A stretch of 64,000 nucleotides of DNA, from contig JAGGWN010000001.1 in NCBI GenBank assembly GCA_021157415.1, positions 2,679-66,678 of the forward strand, given 5' to 3'. Under the pieces are notes generated by a model. That model worked only from the letters and a program-made list of their open reading frames with translations. It was not told the origin of the DNA and made no database searches. The stretch comes from Bacteroidales bacterium (GTDB lineage Bacteria; Bacteroidota; Bacteroidia; Bacteroidales; VadinHA17). Every line of letters begins with the position of its first letter. Within the stretch, counting starts at the first letter, position 1. The translations under genes and the position numbers were made by a program. Shown here in pieces: positions 48,365 through 57,699 of the stretch.

Positions 48365-50332
48365 ATGAAAAAAGCAGGTTTATTTTTTTTGGTTTTTTCT
48401 TTTCTTCTCCCGGCGCAGGTTTTTCATGTCCTGGCTTCCGAGCCTGATACGCTTGTAAACATTGCCGGTGTCAGGGTATATGCCCGGCGTTCGTTATACT
48501 ATCAGGAAGATAAGAAGGTGATCGCCTGTGACTCTGCTTTGGTACTTCCCACAGGGTTGGAGTCGCTTGGGGAAGTACTGCAACGGATGGCCCCGGTCAA
48601 TCTGATGCAGTATGGGGGTGGGGGCTCGCTGGTCTCCCTGTCTTTGCGGGGCAGCAGTTCGGCACAGACCCAGGTTAACTGGAACGGTTTTCCGATCAAC
48701 TCGCTAACCTCGGGCATTGCCGACCTTTCTCAGCTCAGTGCCGGTATGTTCGAAGAGATCCTGCTGATACCCGGTGCTTCCGGATCGCTGTATGGCAGCG
48801 GCACTTTCGGAGGCGTCCTCAACCTGGACAACCGATTTGTCTGGGAAAAAAGATTCGTGACCACCGCCGGTCTTGACGCAGGCAGTTTCGGCACCCGTGG
48901 AGGCACGGTGGTGCTGGAAGGAGGCACGGAAAAAGTCCAAAGTAAATCGGGATTCTTCCTGCAGCAGGCCATCAACGATTTTCCCTACCGCGATGATTAC
49001 AAACCGGGCACGCCGGAAGAGACCTCCCTGCACAACTGTTTTCACTACGCCGGTTTCATTGAGACGGTCTCATTCCGTCTGTCCCATGGGATATCCCTAC
49101 AGGCAGGCTTCTGGTACCAGAAAAAAAGAAAAGAGATTCCGGCAGTCATGGGATCTTATCAGCCTAACTTTCAAGAACAAAGAGACAGCAGCATGCGTGT
49201 TTATCTGATCCTCGGCAAGCGGTGGCAACGCTCAGTGTTGACGCTGCGGGGTGCCTGGTTCCTCGACAACATGTGGTTTACCGACAAGACCTCCATCGAC
49301 GCTCCGGCATACTCGCTGGACTCCCGTTTCCGCACCAATCATTTTATGTCGGATGTATATTACCGTCGTCGGGCAGGAAAGCACTGGACGCTGGACGGCG
49401 GTGTTGCCTCGTCTGCCACCGCCGCCACCGTGACGGCATACGGGAGCACCATTCATGATTACAGCATCGATTTGTTTGCCGGCACCAGGTATCGCCACCA
49501 CCGCTGGACCGGGAGCCTGACGGTACGTCAGAACTTTAACCCTGCCAGCCATCCTTTGCCCCAGGCAGATGCCGGGATCAGATATGCACTCCGTCCCGGC
49601 AGAACGTTCCTGCGTTTCAATGTCTCCACCAAATACCGGCTGCCGACCCTGAACGACAAATACTGGAGCCCGGGCGGCAATCCGGTTTTGCTGCCCGAGC
49701 ACGGATGGGGAATAACCGCAGGCCTGGACCTGCAGACAGACCACTCCGGCACCGGACCCTCCCCGAGGACGCTACGCTGGCAAACCGACCTGTTCTCCAA
49801 TGTACTGAACGATCAGATCAGGTGGATCCCCGGCGAAGGATACTGGCAGCCGGAAAATGTGGACAAAGTATGGACCTACGGGGTGGAAAACAACCTGCAA
49901 GGCACTTGGAAAAAGAAATATCTGACCGTTACCTGCCAACTGAACTACGATTTTACGATCTCAGCGGTTTTGGCAGAAAACGGGCTGAAGCAGGCTCATC
50001 ATCAAAACACTTATATCCCGGTTCATACGGCCTCGGGCATCTTTCGTCTGGATTACAGGTTCCTTTATACAGGCATTTACGAAAGTTTTACCGGAGCCAG
50101 GTTCACTACTCCGGATCATGATCCTTTATACAGGCTGGATCCTTATGCACTCACCGACCTGGTAGCCGGTGGCAGAAAAACCAAAGGTTCCTGGGGGGTT
50201 GACCTGCGCTTCACGATCAGGAACCTCTTCAATACCCACTACCAGGTGATCCGTTCTTATCCTATGCCGGGCAGGGCTTATTTTCTGAAAGCCAGGGTCA
50301 CTTTTAAAACAAACAAATCCCATCACAAATAA
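48365..50332 (+). CDS. btuB: TonB-dependent corrinoid receptor (BtuB-like)
   Basis: Signal peptide, plug strings (VRVYARRS, LSLRGSSSAQTQVNWNGFPINS), barrel, and a position directly behind the cobalamin riboswitch. The barrel-terminal ...ARVTF is followed by 8 extra residues, KTNKSHHK. Confidence 0.8.
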   Translation: MKKAGLFFLVFSFLLPAQVFHVLASEPDTLVNIAGVRVYARRSLYYQEDKKVIACDSALVLPTGLESLGEVLQRMAPVNLMQYGGGGSLVSLSLRGSSSAQTQVNWNGFPINSLTSGIADLSQLSAGMFEEILLIPGASGSLYGSGTFGGVLNLDNRFVWEKRFVTTAGLDAGSFGTRGGTVVLEGGTEKVQSKSGFFLQQAINDFPYRDDYKPGTPEETSLHNCFHYAGFIETVSFRLSHGISLQAGFWYQKKRKEIPAVMGSYQPNFQEQRDSSMRVYLILGKRWQRSVLTLRGAWFLDNMWFTDKTSIDAPAYSLDSRFRTNHFMSDVYYRRRAGKHWTLDGGVASSATAATVTAYGSTIHDYSIDLFAGTRYRHHRWTGSLTVRQNFNPASHPLPQADAGIRYALRPGRTFLRFNVSTKYRLPTLNDKYWSPGGNPVLLPEHGWGITAGLDLQTDHSGTGPSPRTLRWQTDLFSNVLNDQIRWIPGEGYWQPENVDKVWTYGVENNLQGTWKKKYLTVTCQLNYDFTISAVLAENGLKQAHHQNTYIPVHTASGIFRLDYRFLYTGIYESFTGARFTTPDHDPLYRLDPYALTDLVAGGRKTKGSWGVDLRFTIRNLFNTHYQVIRSYPMPGRAYFLKARVTFKTNKSHHK

Positions 50333-50358
50333 TTCATAAACGTTTAAAGCACTTTAAA

Positions 50359-51432
50359 ATGAAAAGAAATCTTTTACTGTTTATTCTGCCGGTCATTGCC
50401 GCCAGTGTCTTTTTTTCTTCCTGCCGGAAAACCACAACGCCCCCCGAGGATGCAGGATTTTTGCATGGAGCCTACATCGTAAATGAGGGGACCTATAACC
50501 ACAACAACGGCTCTATCAGCTATATTGACCCGGATTCCTCCTACATCATCAACAATATTTTCCAGGGGGTCAATGGCCGTCCTCTCGGGGATATTGTACA
50601 GTCATTCACCCCGGCGGGGGACAAAGGTCTCATCGTCGTCAACCATTCTGCCAAGGTGGAAGTGGTGGATCTGAAGACTTTTGTGTCGCTCGGCACCATC
50701 ACGGGATGTGACTATCCGAGATACGCCTTGTATCTCGGTCATGATAAAGCTTATCTGACCAACGGCGCTTTTGCCGGGAAGGTGTATGTTCTGGATCTTC
50801 AAAACCTGAAAATCACAGACTCAATAGCTGTCGGGAACGGCCCCGAGACCATGGTACGTGACGCAGATTTCGTTTATGTGGCCAACAGCGGAGGATGGTC
50901 CGTGGACAGCACGGTAAGTGTTATCGACGTAACTAAAAATGAAGTGGTGAGAACCATACCGACGGGAGATAATCCTATCGCCATGACCTTCGACCATAAC
51001 GGGCATATCTGGGTGTTATGTAAAGGGAAAGTCGTATATGATCAGAACTGGAACATTGTTTCTGAAACGGATTCGAGACTTGAGATGATTTCTCTCCCTT
51101 CTCAGACCGTGGAAAAAAGTTTCGTAATCGGGCAAAAAGGGGATTATTTCAGTCCGGTACGCCTGACCGCGGACAACACGGGGGAGGTGATCTATTTTGT
51201 TGAACATGACGGGATATATGCGATGAATGCGGGGGCCATGGAAATTCCCGGAACGCCATTGGTGCCAGGTAATTTTTACGGCCTGGGGGCCGACCCCCTG
51301 AACGGGTTGATCTATGCATTGGATGCAGGGGATTTTACCGGTCGCGGGCTGCTGAAGCGTTACCGGCCCGACGGCAGTCTGATGGATACGGTTTCGGTAG
51401 GCATAGCCCCCAACGGGATCGTTTTTAACTAG
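50359..51432 (+). CDS. Beta-propeller surface lipoprotein (YncE-like; positional analogue of BtuG)
   Basis: Lipoprotein signal FFSSC. Repeated strand-turn pattern with recurring AYIVNEG / AYLTNG / VYVANSG blade starts. Lies immediately downstream of btuB. Confidence 0.6.
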   Translation: MKRNLLLFILPVIAASVFFSSCRKTTTPPEDAGFLHGAYIVNEGTYNHNNGSISYIDPDSSYIINNIFQGVNGRPLGDIVQSFTPAGDKGLIVVNHSAKVEVVDLKTFVSLGTITGCDYPRYALYLGHDKAYLTNGAFAGKVYVLDLQNLKITDSIAVGNGPETMVRDADFVYVANSGGWSVDSTVSVIDVTKNEVVRTIPTGDNPIAMTFDHNGHIWVLCKGKVVYDQNWNIVSETDSRLEMISLPSQTVEKSFVIGQKGDYFSPVRLTADNTGEVIYFVEHDGIYAMNAGAMEIPGTPLVPGNFYGLGADPLNGLIYALDAGDFTGRGLLKRYRPDGSLMDTVSVGIAPNGIVFN

Positions 51433-51600
51433 GACCTCCCCCGTTTGTCAGGTTGATCTTTTTGTTATGGCAACCTGACAATATGCACTTTTGTGTTTTT
51501 GATCAAACAGAATCATGTTCGTTTCAAAAGAAAACATTATTTTTCGAGCTACGTTGAACAACCTGCAACGACCTTTGTAAAGCAACAAAAAACGATCTGT

Positions 51601-53790
51601 ATGAATATACACAAAAAATCACTTTTTCTGACAGTTTTTCTTTTGCTACTGGGCCTTTACGGTGCCGTGGCCCAGATCAGTCGGGGCGGAACGCCTTATC
51701 CGGCATCACAGCCGGTACATTTCAGGGATTTGACAGGCACTCTTCCCGATCTGGATAAGCTGGCCAACAGGCAGGTTCCGGACAAGCACGTCCCCTTCCG
51801 TTTTGCCGAACCGGTAAAAGTCCGTCTGGGTCCCGGGACCTCGGGGCAGTGGGAAACATCTCAGGACGGCACACGCATATGGCGGCTAGGGATCCGCTAT
51901 AAGCATGCCCGGTCGCTGGGGATTATATTCAACGGTTTCCGGCTGGAAAAAGGAGAAAAAGTTTTTGTCTATGATCCGTCAGGGCACACTGTACTGGGAG
52001 CCTTTACCTCTGACAACAACAAGCCGTGGGGGACACTGGCCCTGGCGCCCCTGCCGGGAGATGAGATGGTGATCGAGTATCAGGTACCTGCAGGCCGGAC
52101 AAGGCATGGTACGCTGTCTGTCGGGCAGGTAAGCGTAGGCTTCAGGGATGTTTTCAGAGCCCCCGACAAATCGAAGGATGATTTTTTCGGCCATTCCGGG
52201 GCATGTAATGTTGATATCAACTGTGACGCCGGAGCTGACTGGCAGGTAGAAAAAAATGCCGTTGTACGTGTTTTTGTCAACAACAACACCTTGTGTACCG
52301 GGGTACTGATGAACACAGCCCTCAACGACGCCACCCCTTATCTTCTGACGGCAGGGCATTGCATAGAAGATTCTTCCGACGCCGCCAATGCCGTTTTTGT
52401 TTTCCAGTATGAAAGTCCGTATTGTCACGGGCCGGACGGATCGGTAGAAAAAAGTATGTCGGGCTCCACCCTGAAGGCCACCACGGGCAACCTGGACTTC
52501 ACCCTGGTACAGTTGACCAAGGTGCCTCCGTTCACCTACAATCCTTATTTTGCCGGGTGGGATAACAGAAACTTTCCCCCCTCCTCTTCCGTCTGTATCC
52601 ATCATCCCGGTGGCGATGTAAAAAAGATCTCCCTAGACCATGACGCTGCTGTTTCTGCCGATTATGATGTTTATGACAAAGACTCTTTCTGGAAAATCCT
52701 GCAATGGGACGCAGGGACCACCGAAGGAGGTTCGTCCGGTGCTCCACTTTTTGATGCAAGCCACAGGGTGGTAGGGACACTCTCGGGCGGAGATGCCCAT
52801 TGTGGCAGTTCCATCAACGATTATTTCCAGAAACTGTCCTATGTATGGAGCACCTACCCCGAAGATACCGGCCAGTTAAAGCACTGGCTTGACCCCAAAG
52901 ATTTTCAGTTTTCTCTCTGGAACGGATACGATCCTTATACCACCGCCCGTAAAAGCTGTGACACGCTTACCAACATTCAGGATGGTGAGCTTCTGAGATT
53001 GTATGCTTACGGAGGGGAAGATTCGGGGTATTGGACCGGACACAATGAAGACCGAACCACAGAATATGCCGAACAATTTGATAACCCCAATACCTTGTAC
53101 ATGTCCGGTATATTTATCAATCCTGCGCTTGTACAATACGACGCTCCTTCTGACAGGGTAACGGTCAAAGTATGGTCGGGTACGCAGCGGCCGGAGTCAC
53201 TGATTGTCTCCAAAGATGTTCCTTTGAGTTTTTTCGTGGATTCCACCTGGAATTTTATAGACTTTGATACGCTGGTGGCAGTCACAGGCAATTTCTTTGC
53301 CGGGTATGAGATTTACTATGACAATCCCAATACGGGGCCTCTAACCGACCAGTTTGCGGTTTTTCAGGCCGAAGCACGCCTTAACTACGGCTACAATACC
53401 GCGTTTTATTTTCAGAACGGTGTCTGGACCACATTCAGCGGCACGCCGCCCGACTACCGCTATACGTCGCTTGCGGTAAGCCCCGTTCTTTGTGAAGAGA
53501 TCCCCAACGTTTCCGTCCCTGAACTGCAGGGAGGAAAGCCCTCACATCCGTTGGATCTGTATCCTAATCCGGCCACAGAAAGAATTAATATATCCATCTC
53601 AGGAAAGCTTCTTCGGGAGGGGACCCTCCGCATACAGGACCTCACGGGAAAAACCGTCCTGGAACAGCATGTCAGGGGAGGCGAGCCGATACACTCCGTG
53701 TCCGTATCATCCCTGAAAAACGGCTTCTACCTTGTCACGCTGGAGACGCAAAAAGACATCTTCTTCCATAAACTCATCTTATCCAGATAA
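51601..53790 (+). CDS. Secreted trypsin-fold (S1, lysyl/glutamyl-endopeptidase-like) serine protease with a T9SS C-terminal sorting domain
   Basis: The ATG at 51601 gives the signal peptide MNIHKKSLFLTVFLLLLGLYGAVAQ. Catalytic triad contexts: LLTAGHC (His), NLDFTLVQL (Asp), TEGGSSGAPLF (Ser). C-terminal LYPNPATERINISI...GFYLVTLE is a Por tail. Confidence 0.8.
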   Translation: MNIHKKSLFLTVFLLLLGLYGAVAQISRGGTPYPASQPVHFRDLTGTLPDLDKLANRQVPDKHVPFRFAEPVKVRLGPGTSGQWETSQDGTRIWRLGIRYKHARSLGIIFNGFRLEKGEKVFVYDPSGHTVLGAFTSDNNKPWGTLALAPLPGDEMVIEYQVPAGRTRHGTLSVGQVSVGFRDVFRAPDKSKDDFFGHSGACNVDINCDAGADWQVEKNAVVRVFVNNNTLCTGVLMNTALNDATPYLLTAGHCIEDSSDAANAVFVFQYESPYCHGPDGSVEKSMSGSTLKATTGNLDFTLVQLTKVPPFTYNPYFAGWDNRNFPPSSSVCIHHPGGDVKKISLDHDAAVSADYDVYDKDSFWKILQWDAGTTEGGSSGAPLFDASHRVVGTLSGGDAHCGSSINDYFQKLSYVWSTYPEDTGQLKHWLDPKDFQFSLWNGYDPYTTARKSCDTLTNIQDGELLRLYAYGGEDSGYWTGHNEDRTTEYAEQFDNPNTLYMSGIFINPALVQYDAPSDRVTVKVWSGTQRPESLIVSKDVPLSFFVDSTWNFIDFDTLVAVTGNFFAGYEIYYDNPNTGPLTDQFAVFQAEARLNYGYNTAFYFQNGVWTTFSGTPPDYRYTSLAVSPVLCEEIPNVSVPELQGGKPSHPLDLYPNPATERINISISGKLLREGTLRIQDLTGKTVLEQHVRGGEPIHSVSVSSLKNGFYLVTLETQKDIFFHKLILSR

Positions 53791-53984
53791 CAATAGAATT
53801 TACCTCATGAAAGACCTTTGTTTTGATTTTTAAACTTTTATCATATGTCCTCTGCCTCTTTCCTCTCCCCGCGGTGGGAGGAGAACATGAGAGGGTAAAA
53901 AAAAACAAATGCCAATCATTGCATTACTTCCTGAATATTAGACACCGATTGTCCGTAAACAACAAGACAACAATATATTATGGT

Positions 53985-55139
53985 ATGAGATTCCGGAGAT
54001 TGATCCCGGTTGTTTTTATCGTTCTGTTTTTCTCTGCAGCAGGCTGCCGCACCTCTGAGACCGGCCATTACCATGAGCCTGCCGGGCTCAGATCTGTCAG
54101 CATCCGCTATGCCCGGGGTTTCAGGATAGATACGGCCGCAGGCTATGTCCGGGCAGATGTGCTGAAACCCTGGCAGGGAAAACAGCTCAGGCAGTTTCGT
54201 TATCTTGTTACTGCGGAGGGAAACAAAAAGGATAAGATGCCCGGAGTACTCAGGATCAGACACTATCCGCAAAGGATCATTTGTACCTCCACCACGCACA
54301 TTGCTTTTCTTGAGCAATTGGATGAACTGGACAAAATCGTAGCCATTTCCGGGAAAACGCTTATCAACAACCCGTATATTCTGAAAAAAACCGGGAAAGG
54401 GGAGATATCAGACATCGGCTATGATAAAAACATGGACTTTGAGCAAATCGTACGGTTACATCCCGATCTGGTTTTTCTTTACGGGATAGGTCCCGAAGTT
54501 ACCACCACCCTGTCACGTCTTTTGTCGTTAAACATTCCGGCGGTCATTGTGGGAGATTATCTGGAGTCTTCCCCGCTGGGCCGGGCCGAATGGATCAAAT
54601 TTATGGCTGCTTTTTTCGGAAAAGAGAAGGAGGCGGTAAGATGGTTTGACTCGCTGGCCATACGCTATGAATCGGCCCGGTTTATCCCGGGGGAAAACCA
54701 TGCGAAGTGGCCGTTGGTGATGACGGGCCTGCCCTGGAATGAGGTATGGTATGTCACCGGTGGCAACGGCATGCTGGCCGCTTTTATCCGCGATGCGGGA
54801 GGACATTATGTATGGAAAGACCTGGAGGGGGCCGATGCAGTACCCATGGAGATTGAACAGGTATATCGCCAGGCGGGGACCTCGGATATCTGGATCAACT
54901 GCGGCACGGCTTCTTCCCTGCAGGACATTCTCCACACCGACGACCGGCTGGGGTTGTTTGCTCCTGTACAAACAGGGCACGTTTATAATAACAACGCCCG
55001 GGTGAACGACCACGGTGGCAATGATTACTGGGAAAGCGGCGTAGTGCATCCCGACCTTATCCTTCAGGATCTGCGGCATATCTTTCATCCCCGTCCCGGC
55101 GACGGTTACCGGCTGTATTATTATCGTCATCTGCAATGA
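53985..55139 (+). CDS. ABC-transporter periplasmic binding lipoprotein (BtuF / FecB-type, class III)
   Basis: The ATG at 53985 gives MRFRRLIPVVFIVLFFSAAGC (lipobox). RIICTSTTHIAFLEQL and PDLVFLYG are typical of the PF01497-type fold. It overlaps the downstream permease gene by 4 nt. Confidence 0.75.
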   Translation: MRFRRLIPVVFIVLFFSAAGCRTSETGHYHEPAGLRSVSIRYARGFRIDTAAGYVRADVLKPWQGKQLRQFRYLVTAEGNKKDKMPGVLRIRHYPQRIICTSTTHIAFLEQLDELDKIVAISGKTLINNPYILKKTGKGEISDIGYDKNMDFEQIVRLHPDLVFLYGIGPEVTTTLSRLLSLNIPAVIVGDYLESSPLGRAEWIKFMAAFFGKEKEAVRWFDSLAIRYESARFIPGENHAKWPLVMTGLPWNEVWYVTGGNGMLAAFIRDAGGHYVWKDLEGADAVPMEIEQVYRQAGTSDIWINCGTASSLQDILHTDDRLGLFAPVQTGHVYNNNARVNDHGGNDYWESGVVHPDLILQDLRHIFHPRPGDGYRLYYYRHLQ

Positions 55140-56194
55140 CCACCCCTATGGCTCAACAAAAAGGAAAGACAACATTTATTCTGTTTCTCCTGCTGATGGG
55201 GTTACTTCTGCTGGTGCTGGCTGTCGTGGATGTTTACACGGGGACAACCCGTATTTCCTTCGCTGAGGTCACCAGGGCCTTGTTACATCCCGGATCTGTA
55301 CAAGACCAGTATGCCACGATACTATACCGTTTCCGTTTACCCCGCACCATCACCGCCATTCTGGCCGGTATTGCCCTGTCGGTAAGTGGTTTGCTGATGC
55401 AGACAGCCTTTCGCAACCCGTTGGCGGGACCTTATGTACTGGGCATCAGTGCCGGCGCCAGTCTGGGCGTAGCCGTGCTGGTGCTGGGTTTTTCTTCTTT
55501 CTTTGCGTTTGGGGCAGGCTCACTGCTGGCCAGCAGCTCTATTGCTCTGGCCGCTATCCTTGGAGCTATCGGCGTGCTATTGCTGATCATGGCTGTCTCC
55601 CTGAAAGTGCGCGACATCATGACCATCCTGATCCTGGGCATAATGTTCGGCAGTGCTGTGACAGCTGTGGTGGCTATCCTGCAATACTTCGGCACTGAGT
55701 CGATGCTGAAAGTTTTTATAGTCTGGACCATGGGCAGCCTGGCCAATGTCACAGGCATACAGATTTGGATTCTGGCCGTTCTGATTGTCACAGGTCTGTT
55801 TCTGACAAGCGTTCTGGTGAAAGACCTGAATATTCTGTTGCAAGGAGAAGATTATGCCCGCAGCCTGGGTATGCGCATACGCCACACCCGTATGTTAATC
55901 TTTCTGGCTACCGGCATCCTGGCCGGCTCGATAACGGCTTTTTGCGGACCCATCGGTTTTGTCGGTATCGTGGTTCCGCATATCGTACGGGTCATGTTGC
56001 GCACCTCCAATATACGGAAAGTCTTTCCCGCCACCATCCTTACCGGAGCTTCTCTTCTCGTGCTGGGGGATATTCTTTCTCATCTGCCAGGACAACAAGG
56101 GGTGCTTCCCATCAATTCGGTCACAGCCATCCTGGGCATCCCCGTGATCATCTGGATGATCCTGCAACGCCGCAAACTCTCCTCATTTATGTAA
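55136..56194 (+). CDS. FecCD-family ABC permease (BtuC-like)
   Basis: About 10 hydrophobic helices. FecCD strings RLPRTITAILAGIALSVSGLLMQ and PIGFVGIVVPHIVR. Confidence 0.9.
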   Translation: MTTPMAQQKGKTTFILFLLLMGLLLLVLAVVDVYTGTTRISFAEVTRALLHPGSVQDQYATILYRFRLPRTITAILAGIALSVSGLLMQTAFRNPLAGPYVLGISAGASLGVAVLVLGFSSFFAFGAGSLLASSSIALAAILGAIGVLLLIMAVSLKVRDIMTILILGIMFGSAVTAVVAILQYFGTESMLKVFIVWTMGSLANVTGIQIWILAVLIVTGLFLTSVLVKDLNILLQGEDYARSLGMRIRHTRMLIFLATGILAGSITAFCGPIGFVGIVVPHIVRVMLRTSNIRKVFPATILTGASLLVLGDILSHLPGQQGVLPINSVTAILGIPVIIWMILQRRKLSSFM

Positions 56195-56198
56195 CCTT

Positions 56199-57206
56199 AT
56201 GATCCAATTACAACAATTAGTTATCGGATACCGGAAGGGACGGACACAACAAAGATTGTCCACAGCGCTGGATTTTACTGCTTCGCCGGGAGAGATGGTT
56301 GCCATCGTCGGGCCCAACGGGGTGGGCAAGAGCACACTGTTGCGTACGATCGTCAGACAACAGGCAGCATTGGCAGGCAGTATAGAGATACAGCAAACAC
56401 GATGGGATGGCTTTTCACAAAAAGAATTTGCCCGCATATGCAGTTTTGTGCCGACAGGACAACCTCCGGTAAGCCAGTTTACGGTGTATGAGGCGGTGGC
56501 CATGGCCCGTTACCCCTATACAGGATGGGGCGGCAAACTGAAACAAGAAGACGGGGAGGCCGTTGAAGAGGCTCTCCGGGCTGTTCACCTGCCAGGCATG
56601 AGAGACCGGCTTTTGGGTGAGCTCTCCGATGGGGAACGGCAGCGCACGCTCATTGCGCGGGCTATCGCCCAGAACACCCCGCTGATACTCCTGGACGAGC
56701 CCACCGCCTTTCTGGATATCCCCAACCGTTATGAAGTATTGCAGATGATGCGCAATATCTCCGAAGAACAACACAAACTGTTTATTTTTTCCTCGCATGA
56801 TATTGAGTTTATCCTGGAGATTGCCGACAAGATTTGGCTATTATACCCTGACAGTGCCCACGAAGGATCGCCGGAAGAGCTGCTCCGCGACCAGGCGCTG
56901 GATCGTTTGTTCAGGAATACGGACATACATTATGATCTGCAGAAAGGTCTTCACATCCCGTTGCGGCAGAGATACCAGACCTCTGTAAGCCTATCCGGGG
57001 ATGCTGCGGAGAGATCCTGGCTGGAAAAAGCACTGCGCCGTTCGGGTTATCCGGTATCTTCTTCAGGAAGATCCTCCATCCGGGTGGAAGTGAAAAAAAA
57101 CAAGTATATTTTAAAGATAAAAAATGAACCTCAGCAGGATTTTCTGTCTATATATTCATTAATTTTATATCTGAAAAACAAGTTGCCGGATGCCGGCAAT
57201 GCATAA
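56199..57206 (+). CDS. ABC transporter ATP-binding protein (BtuD/FecE-like) with an extra C-terminal domain of about 90 aa
   Basis: Walker A GPNGVGKSTLLRT, signature LSDGERQR, Walker B LILLDEPTAFLD, H-loop SSHD. An additional tail follows from about residue 245. Confidence 0.9.
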   Translation: MIQLQQLVIGYRKGRTQQRLSTALDFTASPGEMVAIVGPNGVGKSTLLRTIVRQQAALAGSIEIQQTRWDGFSQKEFARICSFVPTGQPPVSQFTVYEAVAMARYPYTGWGGKLKQEDGEAVEEALRAVHLPGMRDRLLGELSDGERQRTLIARAIAQNTPLILLDEPTAFLDIPNRYEVLQMMRNISEEQHKLFIFSSHDIEFILEIADKIWLLYPDSAHEGSPEELLRDQALDRLFRNTDIHYDLQKGLHIPLRQRYQTSVSLSGDAAERSWLEKALRRSGYPVSSSGRSSIRVEVKKNKYILKIKNEPQQDFLSIYSLILYLKNKLPDAGNA

Positions 57207-57217
57207 AGTTTCTGTTT

Positions 57218-57529
57218 ATGGATGTGGGCAGACACATATGGATGGTTGGTTATCTCGCAGTTGCCATACTTTTTTATCTGGTATGGCCAGTCCCGGAATC
57301 GTCTTATAACAAGCTCCTGACAGGCAAAATCATCAGGTTTGTCCTGCGGTGGTTCCCGGGGACGGCATGGCTATTTCTGGGGGCCTCCGCCCTGTTTCGC
57401 AGCATCCATGTTCTGCCTTATCCCCTCAGACCGGAATGGTTCGGATACACCGGGTTGATTCTTTTCTTCCTCACTGTGGTCGCCCTGGTGTACGACCGGG
57501 CTGTTGCTTCCGGTGCTTTATCCCGGTAA
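57218..57529 (+). CDS. Small hypothetical membrane protein
   Basis: 103 aa with three hydrophobic segments, 11 nt after the ATPase gene. No recognisable motif. Confidence 0.4.
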   Translation: MDVGRHIWMVGYLAVAILFYLVWPVPESSYNKLLTGKIIRFVLRWFPGTAWLFLGASALFRSIHVLPYPLRPEWFGYTGLILFFLTVVALVYDRAVASGALSR

Positions 57530-57571
57530 TCCTAACCCGGACAGGGAGAAATCAAACAAAACAGGAAGAAT

Positions 57572-57640
57572 AAACCCAAATTAAGCAATAGGATTTTTCC
57601 ATTGCGGAATATTTTCGCGTAGCGTCAGCGGGTCAAAGGA
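57572..57640 (+). repeat. Dispersed intergenic mosaic element, copy with X-like + Y modules
   Basis: AAACCCAAATT, GCAATAGGATTTTTCCATTGC, then TTTTCGCGTAGCGTCAGCGGGTCAAAGGA. Confidence 0.6.
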
Positions 57641-57699
57641 AATAGCCCTGACTCATGCATCAGTCCAGCTCTTTCGAGAGTTTCAATGCGTAATTGGGA

